64,000 nucleotides of DNA, from assembly GCF_000150275.1 (NCBI RefSeq), contig NW_002060944.1, positions 5,336,123 to 5,400,122 on the forward strand, given 5' to 3'. Origin of the DNA: Trichoplax adhaerens. Lineage: Eukaryota; Animalia; Placozoa. Below, one piece after another: positions 54,401-64,000 of this stretch. Within the stretch, counting starts at the first letter, position 1. Each line of letters begins with the position of its first letter. A program made the translations under genes and the position numbers. The notes beneath the pieces are model-generated. The model had not been told where the DNA came from, ran no database searches, and saw only the letters and a list, made by a program, of their open reading frames with translations.

Positions 54401-57400
54401 TTTCATTTCGATTAGATATAAGTTTATGCAATATTCTGAGTATTGTTTATTTATTCTTGCCATAACTGTTATATTATAACAAAAAGTGATAAAATGGATT
54501 TGCTGACTCATAACTTATCATCTATAAATCTTAAACATACTCGATTAAATACGAGAATGGCAGCATCTACTACATTCCAGATAGAATACAGTGCATGTTC
54601 CTACTTTTTCCAGCCGATTCTATACATAAGTACATTCTATCATACAGTTAAATCAATTGCGATACTGTCAAATTATAAAATCCCTGTACTCCATCATATC
54701 GATAAAATCTTATATTTAAAACAGCTAATAGCTTTCCTACGTAAATAATTTTAGGCTATTCAGTTTTGCTTAGACAATGGTGCAGATACTTCTGTTCGTG
54801 ATGTAAGTTCAAGAAATCTGTAGTTGCTATCGGACTCATTTTGTTATCCTAATGATAGACTTATTTGCAAAAAATAGCAAATTAACGCATATCTGATAAT
54901 TGCCTACTAAAATATTTAGATATAGATTCTTTGGATTAATTAGGGACTTCTTTTCTTCCATATCATTAATTAGAAGCGTGGATTTACTCCTTTACACTAT
55001 GCCGCAATCAGTAATCACAGCTCATTAATGCAACTACTAATACAAACAAAACCTGCAATCGATGCACGCGATGATGATCACCGAACCCCATTACACCAAG
55101 CAGCAATATTTAGTTTTATCGACATTATGGAAATATTAATCAAGGCGGTAGGTATTTAAAATCAAGCAGAATCCTTGGCATATTAATTGCGCTATTTGGT
55201 ATAGTATTGGGCTTCGTATATTCTCTTTGTGTATGTGAGCCAAAAAACTTCTGGATTCCTTTATTTTTATAATATAGTAAAATAGATTTCTATTTGATCA
55301 CAAGTGACCGCGTAAATGATTTCTCCTAATGAAGTAGCGTGGAATTAGATTCTAGCTTAATTTCAGACCATTATCTTCTTATATGTATTGAATTGATGTA
55401 CTTTAAACTGTTTATGGCAACTAATGCTAAAAAATTTTGTAAACAGTCATTTAATGATATCCTAATTCAGTAGTTTGCTCTTATTTTGATAGGGAGCTAG
55501 TATCGATGCTAGTGACAAAGAACAAAATACACCATTGCTCCTAGCTGCTTATAGAAATAAGATTGAAGCAGTACAATATCTAATCGACCTCCATTGCAAT
55601 ATTCACGCTAATGATATTAAAGGAAGAAATTGTCTGCACTTAGCTATTGCCGGAAGCAACGATGAATTGGAGTTACTAAATTATTTATTATCAGTAAATC
55701 GATATCTAGTTATCCTAATGTTCTCGATGCTGCCTAAGCAATTCTAATTACAGCATATGTAAACATTTGGGGAAAGATGTCTACTATTAAAGAAAATAGT
55801 CATGGTGTAATCTATCATCTCTATTTTAGATTTATAAAGTACCATATCTTGAATCCACTGATAACTACGGGAAAACTCCGTTACATTATGCTTGCCAAGA
55901 TGGAAAATACAAGGTATGTTCATTTCAGAAATTTTCTAGTGTATCAATTTTTAAATTTTATTCTAAGTGAGCCGTTAAAAATTCGCTTAATGATGGCTAT
56001 GGCTAACCATTTATTATGACAGATTGTTAATTTACTATTAAAGTATGAAATAAATGTTTACCTGGTCGATCAAGATGGCAATAACTGCTTCCATTTAGCA
56101 TGCAAGTAAGTTTATTATAAGTAATAAGTAGCTGTTAATGCTATGATAATTGTGTTACGTATCTTAAGATTTAATGTAACCATTAAAATAATATAGGAAT
56201 AGTTATCCTGATATTGCAGAGCTGCTATTAAACCATTCAGCTGGTCTATTGAATAGTGAAAATGCAGATAACTGCAATGGCTTGCATATCTCCGTGATTA
56301 AAGGATGTCCTAGTACCGTTAGATTGCTACTTCAACATGGGGCTGAAATTGATCGAAGGTTAAACCAAGAAAATTTAGCTTAGCAACTTTGTGCTTACTA
56401 TTCGTAATTTTAATCTTATCGATTATTTTTGTGATAGAAATGCTAGCTATAGCACGCCACTAGATACAGCTTGTATGAATGGTTCTCACCAGATTGTTCA
56501 ATTATTAATTGATCATGGTGCAGCTCTCAATACATTAAATCGATCTGGGGTACAAATTGTTTAAACAACAATAATTACAGGGCGATCGATAATCCAGTTC
56601 TGCATTCTACAACTGTATATTGCTAAACTGATAATTTACAAACATAAATTTTCTCGTATTCCCGGATATTTCTTTTAGGAATCAGCATTGCACATTGCAG
56701 CAAGACATGGCAAAGCAGATATTGTTAAACTTTTATTAAATTGTGGAGCGGACTGCACAATTGAAAATAACCGTCAAAAAAATAGTCTAGAGATTGCAAT
56801 CCAGCACGATCAACAAGGTGTAGCCATTGAAATCGCCACCAAGCCCAAGTAAGAAATTATAGAAATAAACGTAGGAATTGATTTTGCCGAAGATTTGAAC
56901 ACATCATCATCTCTTCTATATAAGCAAATAAATTTAGTATCAAATTCTAGTAACTAAAATTAAATAGGAGCAATTTTTTCAGCACCAGAATTGATTTTGC
57001 TAAAGATATAAGTGTATAAGCAGCTTATGCTAATGTAGCTATTTGATTTATTAATAAATTTCAGTACATATATTTAAAAATAAGTAATCCATCTGGTGTA
57101 GTTATAGATGGTACTTAAGCATCTACGTAGACCATCAACTCATCCAAGATAACTGTATAAATAAAAGTGCCATCGAACTTCAGCATGTATAATCAATATT
57201 GAACTGGTTTAGTTTTAGGAATGACTTTGCTAACAATTCCGAGAGAATAACAAGTTCACATATCTGCAGTGTTTGACTTTGCTATCTAATATAAAGGAAA
57301 CAAGTATTGCATATTCATTTAATGGTCAGAATTAATTTCTCTACCATACTTCACAAATAAGCAAACCAGTTAAATTTTAGCCGTATACTGATTTTATTCC

Positions 57401-60400
57401 ATCACCTGCCATTTCTAACTAATGGAAACGCAAGGTATATTTGAACTTTGCTACTGTAAGTGACCTACTGCCTACTCAATCATCAGATTTCCAAAGTCTC
57501 ATGGTCAAATTAAATTTTAGATCTATAGGATGACATTCAATTATATTACAATTCTTATTCATTTATCCCGTAGCAGGATGAAAGGGAACCCGTTCTGCTA
57601 AGTGTAATTAGTGTGTAGATCATGCAAAGAAATTTATAACAGCGGATTTTATTACTGATTCTCTACCGATTGAGATACCGTACTATGTAAAAGTAAAACA
57701 AGCTCTGGCAAGTAATGAAAACTTCTTACAATAGTAGATCATAGGAATAAAGGACTAAAAACTATAATAACAGAAAAACTTAGATACGTAAATATGTTAT
57801 CTAACTTGTTTACAATATGACTATGGCGAACAACATCATTAAACACTTATGGAACTTAATATGAGAATAAAATTCTATGATTAGTATTACATTCTACGAA
57901 GCTGAAATCAATATATTTGAATCATCACAAATGTTACTTAAATATACCCTATTATTGTCAACAACCTAAGATTTTGGTATTATTTTTAAGTTATGCCTAA
58001 TTTACTTCTACATAAAATTTGACAACATTAGCTTGTCTAATAACTTCACTACACAGGAATATAAATTCTACTACAAAATGAGATTATGCAATATTTCTTT
58101 TAGCGTATATGTTTACACCAATTTCTAGGTCTTATTTTCTTGTTCTTGTTAATAGAAATCGCGATCTTTTGCTTAAAGTTGGTAAAGAGAACATAACAAC
58201 AATGCAATCAATTATCCAAAAGATGCCAAAAGTTGCTTCGGTTAGTTAGAATCGTCACCAGCTTAAATATTTTCTTTTATAGCACATATACCGTACATAT
58301 AACCTAGACCAAGTTAGTTAAGAAGGATCCCTACTATCGGCAATTTTTACGAATTTTTTTCCATCAGCTCAATTTTAAAGCATCAATCTATACTTTTTCA
58401 AACCTAAAATATTTCATCAACTTTATACATCGCATTATTTCGATATTGTATCCCACTATGTAGGAAGTGATGAATACCTGCATTAAGAAATCGTCAACAT
58501 TTGATCGCGAAGGCAAGAATATCTATACAGTGAGTTAATTTCATTATTTTGGCTGTTTTTCCTTTAGAGTAGAAAAGATAGGATGGAGAAATATACTTTA
58601 AGAATAATTTAGAGAATGAAATAAAAAGACCGCATTAAACTAGATACCAATGATAACCTTAAACTGAATATGTTCTTATTCTCTATAAGCTAATGAGAAG
58701 TAAACTGCATGGTAGCTAATGACAACTCAAATTTCATATAGCGCTATCATTTTATATTTATGAAATTACAGATAGTATATGATTTTACTCTGCTTGAACC
58801 TGGAGAGGAATTGGAAGAGATGTACAATTTACCCAAAGGAATACATAACTTAAATGCACTAACAGTAACGTATCAGCATATAGAATTATTTCGTAGAATA
58901 GGGACAAAAATATGATGATAAACCGTCAGAACGACTAGTCGTCTCTCACAGCATGCTAGCTAGAACGATCAGCGTAACTTTAGTCATATCATAATTGGTT
59001 TTTGCGTATACTTTTGCAACTAAGCCACTTCTACAATTTAGAATTTGACACTATTTAAACTATATACGATTTTCAATATGCAGAAAAATGACTGTTTAAA
59101 ATGTCCTACCCGTATTTATTACCTATAGTCTACTAATACGACAACATCAAGTTTTATTAATAAGCTTAGCTTATAACAAAAACTTGAAGCGTAAGGAAAA
59201 GCTTTCCCAGTACAAAGCATTTCTTAGCAAGCTGAGAGTTTATTTTATTTCGAAAGGAATTAATATGACAATTAATATCAGTTTTACGTTCTTTGTACAA
59301 GATTTGTGAAATCGTTATAGCTATATTTAGTCCATTAGCCTAATTATCTCATATATTATCTTATCACTATTGCAACAGACAATCGTCTCATCTAATCACG
59401 TCGGTCTCCTCGAACATCCACTTTCTGCAAGATTGTTAGATACTAAATGGTTAATTTACTATGCTTGTAATCTGTTAATGGTCATCTAATATATAGTGAT
59501 ATTGACGTTGTTGGTTTAATACGTGATCCGTCATCAATCTTAGGTCGCATTTTGGTCGAAGAGTCTACGTATTCAACTTAATGATTAATATCTTATTCAT
59601 CGTGGCTTTGACAGCTTATGTTCTCAATATTGAAGATTATTTTAATTCAGCTTATAGTAAAGTCCACCTAATAGGACTTCAGCCATCGAATGCTTTTTCA
59701 GGAAATGGCAAACCCGCTAGTCGTTCAATTTCTGCCTTTTCTAATTCAACCAGTAATGGTACCGTAATTGATGTAAGCGAAAAGAGTAGAAATGTTATAC
59801 TGTTTTAACTATTTTAGTAACTACTCGGCAACATATCTTTACAGTCATCAAATCTTTACAATCTTTATGAAAATCTATAATTTAAATGTATTTAACCGAA
59901 ATTTAAAATATCTAACTTATTAGGATATTGCGAGAAACCATTCGTCAATTCCTATTCTTAAAGCTCTTATTCTAGTATTTTCGATCGTTAATTTGATTCG
60001 TGAGATTTTTCAGCTCTATCATGAGGTAATGTAATCTATCACCAAATCACTAGTATTGAAAATGTACTCCCTTTTCTAAGTAGTTTATCGGTCTATCCAT
60101 CACTTTTTCTCGTATTCTTCACTATTATTTACTATTTTAAGTCACCTTGACTTAATCGACGAATTAATCTACTTTGACATCTCTAGAAGTGGAAATATTT
60201 CCTTTCCTATGAGAATTATTTTGAAATCGCCCTGCATACCAGTGTAATTGCCTTTGCCGTAGGTCCCGGAACAAGTTCTTATTTTTGGGCAATTGGAACA
60301 TTTTCAGTTCAATTAGCATACATAGAATTAGTGATGTTCTTAAGAAAGTGTGTTGGATAGTTAATTTAATTTAACCACCATCTTAGACATCTCACGGTTA

Positions 60401-62520
60401 ATGTATATATATATATATATACTTGGGACAATTATCAGTAATATTCTGTATTCTATATATTGAATCTTTGCATTCTTTGATGGATACAACAGACTTCCAG
60501 TTATAGGAAAATATGTCCTTATGATACGATCTATGGTAAACACTATTCTGAAGGTATCCATAATGCAAGTAGAATGTAACTATAGAATACTACAATCATT
60601 CACCTGATCTACAGCGTTTAGGCGATAAATTATGGCGATTAAATCATATATGATATCTTATTTATCTACGAGTTTTCACTGTATTTTCATATGTCCCAAA
60701 GAGTAAAATATTTTATTACTTTCCTTAGGTCATGATTATCGTATTTATCTTTGTTATGGGTTTTGCTATCGGCTTTGGGATGCAATGCCTCCATGAGGTC
60801 GGACAACATGGTGAAAGTTGAACTTGATTAACTATTCCTTTCCAAACTTTAAAAGCATATTGATTATTCTAATTGTTACTTAACTGTATATTTTGTTAAA
60901 TAAAATTATGTTTCAAGCTCGTATAAAGAGATTAAATAATGTATTAAACACTGAAGTAAACTTTTCTAAATACTAAGATATCTTAAGTATTCTGGTCGTT
61001 TCTTATTTGTATTTCTCTAATTTATAAGTTTATAAGAGGTATTATATAGAAGCTCTATACCTCTCTATAGCAATTAGTTTGACTTTACTGCTGTAAAAAT
61101 TTTAAGTATTATATTGATTAAATTTACTTAGGATATATTTGCATTAAACATTTCCCTAGGTGGCGTTCAGTAACATCTTCCTGTCTGTTATTAAAGTAAT
61201 TGATATGATGGTTGGGGAAATTGATTACAAAGATGTATTTCTATCTGGAATTCAAAATGGCGATATAGCCTATCCTGGAAGTTATGCAGTTTTAGTCATT
61301 TTACTTATATTCATTTTTATTATGTCGATCTTAGTCATGAATTTGATGGTACGTATGAATTAACAATTGTTTCTACTAAATTAGAAGTTACTTCTATAAT
61401 TATTTATTGGAAAATTTTGTTGATGCTAATATATTAACCAGTACAGTACGAAAGTTGATTTATCACGTAGAAGCAAGGCATAATTATGGTAGTTTCTTTA
61501 CCTTTTTTACATAATATAGCGCGTATACCTGTATGCTATGTTTTCATTAGTCTTACTTAGTATCTTAATATAATAAAGAAACTAGTAAAATGTAATGACC
61601 GATCGAATATTTGCTGTAAAATCTTTTAAACTATGGATTTCAGTTGCCCCAAAAATTTATTATATATTTAATGATCAGAAGAAATTCTTTATTAGCTATT
61701 ATTAATACAGGAATATGTAAATGTACTCTAGTAAATGCTACACCTGGCAGCTAGTCAAATAGGAACGCAGGAGGTGTATTTATTTTGCAATATAATACAG
61801 GAAATATACTCCGCATTCAATATTAGTATGAATTCTGGATTCTTCTTAATTTTATTTTAGATTGGCCTAGCTGTTGGTGATATAGCCGAAATGGAAAAGA
61901 AAGCTAAACTTCGACGTTTAGCAGATTTAACTGACTACTTCTACAATATTGATAAAATTATGTCACGTCATCTTCGTAAGCAATATAAAATTGACAAGAT
62001 TACATGTACTGAAGTAGAACGGATTACAGTAAGTATCGTAAAAACGAATATTCATAAAATCGTCAATAATTCAAAAAACTTGCTATGTAAATTAACGGTT
62101 AAAATAAGATATTAACTACTTAAAATTACTCATTTTCGAAACATCAGATAGTACATTTTGTTTTCTAGCAGTAAAGAAAGCTAATTCTCACAATTCTATT
62201 AATTAGACTGTAGATAAATCAAATTCAAACGAATGCCTGTTTGAATCGCACAATTCTGAAATAAGCTCTCAGATGCAAGAAATGGTTCGTCAATTTGAAT
62301 CTCAAAGAATGAGGTATTCGATATTTTACATAAATGTTTTTTAAATTGAAGATATTGAGCATTTTTGATGAGATCTCTTTAACAGTACCCTCAAGTTTAT
62401 TCTGTGAATATGATCTCATTACGCTGCCATTTTCTGTTACATCAATTTAATAGGCTGATCGCAATGGAAGAAAAGCTTAGATTTATATGCCAAAATATGG
62501 ATGATACAAGCACTTCTTAA
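51479..62520 (+). CDS. TRPA1: TRPA1-like channel, copy D (divergent paralogue, complete)
   Basis: Exon 1 MPRKPTITRNGSIFDAAKVNPAHDIIQ (51479-51559, upstream in-frame TGA) splices to 52140. Ankyrin exons are colinear with A. Pre-S1 EHPLSARLLDTKW; pore KVIDMMVGEIDYKDVF; S6 FIMSILVMNLM|IGLAVGDIAEMEKKAKLRRLA; last exon LIAMEEKLRFICQNMDDTSTS* (stop at 62520). Confidence 0.88.
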
Positions 62521-62978
62521 TAATTCAATCATTAAAAGTACCGAATAGAATAGCAAAATGAAAATAGGATTGAAATACTTATTACGACTTCTGCTTCTTT
62601 AAGTTATCACGTATACCAGGTTAATAAGAAAATTATGAATATTTTTATTATTACAGTATTAAAATTTATAAAGCTGGCTTCAAGTAATCTATCTAGAATA
62701 AAGGACTACTAAAAATATATCGATATTTATAGCATTCCATTAAACCTACTGGAAAATTATTAATTCTTAAATGCTTTTAATACAGTATAGTCCAAGTAAT
62801 TTATTGCTAGTGTGCTGAATTTCTGAGCTATCTTTTAATTAAGAAATATCTATGGATATTAATGCGAATAATATAAATTCGAAAGCTGTGATAGTCTATT
62901 TACCGGTGTTTACGCAAAATTCATTTATGCTTTGCCTTAAAATATCCCTTCATAATAGTCTCTTATCGTAAAAATAAA

Positions 62979-63472
62979 TTAATCCACTTGTGAAGCAATC
63001 TGATTCAAGGTCATGTGTTCATTTTCAATATGAATGTATCTTCCTAATTTGTCATTAGTTGTAATGAACAAAATGGGCATTTTTCTATTGATTAGTGGTG
63101 AACAAGGGTAAGCTGTCGTAAAGTAAAATGAGAAATACTAACACTGCAACTATTACGACTAAAGAAGCCAATGATCAAAATCGTCATCTAAAACCAGTAT
63201 CTATTAATACTTATTTTAAAACAATTTATGGCCCATACCATAGTCCATAACTTGCGAATAGGTCCGTTCCTGAACCAATTAGGGATGAGATAAGACGTGA
63301 AATGCATGATCTAATGACTGTTAATTAGCCAAAGCAAAATCCATGTTTCAATCTGAAGCAACAGTGGTAAAATTTCACTTCTAACTTTCACATCATTTAA
63401 TTTTCAATCAGAACTTGCTTGGCCAAATTATCAAGGACGCCAGTGAAGAGCGTGCAGATATAGTTTGCTGGC
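62979..63472 (-). CDS. Possible 3' exons of an unidentified minus-strand gene
   Basis: Minus-strand acceptors TGTATTTTAG (exon from 63472), CTAATTAACAG (~63318) and TTTACTTTACGACAG (exon from 63112), and a GTATGG donor, flank more GC-rich open segments (e.g. IRSCISRLISSLIGSGTDLFASYGL). Phase and identity unresolved. Confidence 0.35.
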
Positions 63473-64000
63473 CTAAAATACAGTACATAACGAGCGTATT
63501 TCATGTTCATGCGACAGTAATAGTAATAATATTTTTGTTATATAGCTATAATCTTGAAAATAACAGCAACATCATTACTTACATATAAAGTGGAACGGTA
63601 GTAACTGTTATTACTAGTAGAGTTAATCGATTTCGGTGATATGCAGCGGTTGAGATTGATATGATACTTATAATTTAGTATATTGCCTGAGTGTACAGTG
63701 CACATGCAGTAGTTAGAAAGCGACAGCGGCCCACGGTTAGTACTGTACAATGTAATCCAATTCTGGTTGGTTACAATACTTGAAATGTTTTAACTAACAG
63801 TATATAGCATATATATAATTGTAGCCCATCAAAATTATATTATAATTCTACTGCAACCTACCAGTACATTATCTATAAATAGTTTAGGATAATATCACCT
63901 GTTTGCACTACCAAGACAGAAATATCTGTGGTTAGAAAGTAGTTGCACTTATTATAGAACGATCATCTATTCACTATTTGAGATCATAAACAATTATACT

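Noticed and set aside
14223-62520. Assignment as TRPN/NOMPC or as plain ankyrin proteins
   Set aside because: About 17 rather than ~29 ankyrin repeats, plus the TRPA-type MM.G(E/D).(D/N)Y filter, MNLMIGLA.GDI and HxLS...L..KW pre-S1 motifs.

Overview
AT-rich, intron-dense eukaryotic DNA. Gene content and the short GT-AG introns suggest an early-branching animal such as a placozoan; this is inference, not verified. From left to right: the 3' part of a SKIV2L/Ski2 RNA helicase gene (+), a complete quiescin sulfhydryl oxidase QSOX gene (-), and a ~48-kb tandem array of TRPA1-type ankyrin/TRP cation-channel genes (+). The array has copy A (14.2-26.5 kb, 26 exons, ~17 ankyrin repeats), pseudogene B (29.5-34.6 kb, ankyrin half only, >=7 in-frame stops), copy C (40.7-49.7 kb, first exon not found) and the divergent copy D (51.5-62.5 kb). 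A pairs with C and B pairs with D, pointing to duplication of a two-gene cassette. The paralogues differ in pore helix, S6, extracellular S1-S2 loop and C-terminal tail, and lack two of the three canonical electrophile-sensing cysteines. A 648-bp solo-LTR-like element with an exact 5-bp target-site duplication splits an exon of B. Also present: a decayed intronless LRR-containing ORF (-) between B and C, ankyrin-like 'ghost' fragments and palindrome clusters in the QSOX-TRPA divergent spacer, and several intronic tandem repeats. Exon coordinates were read by eye and may be off by a few bases.
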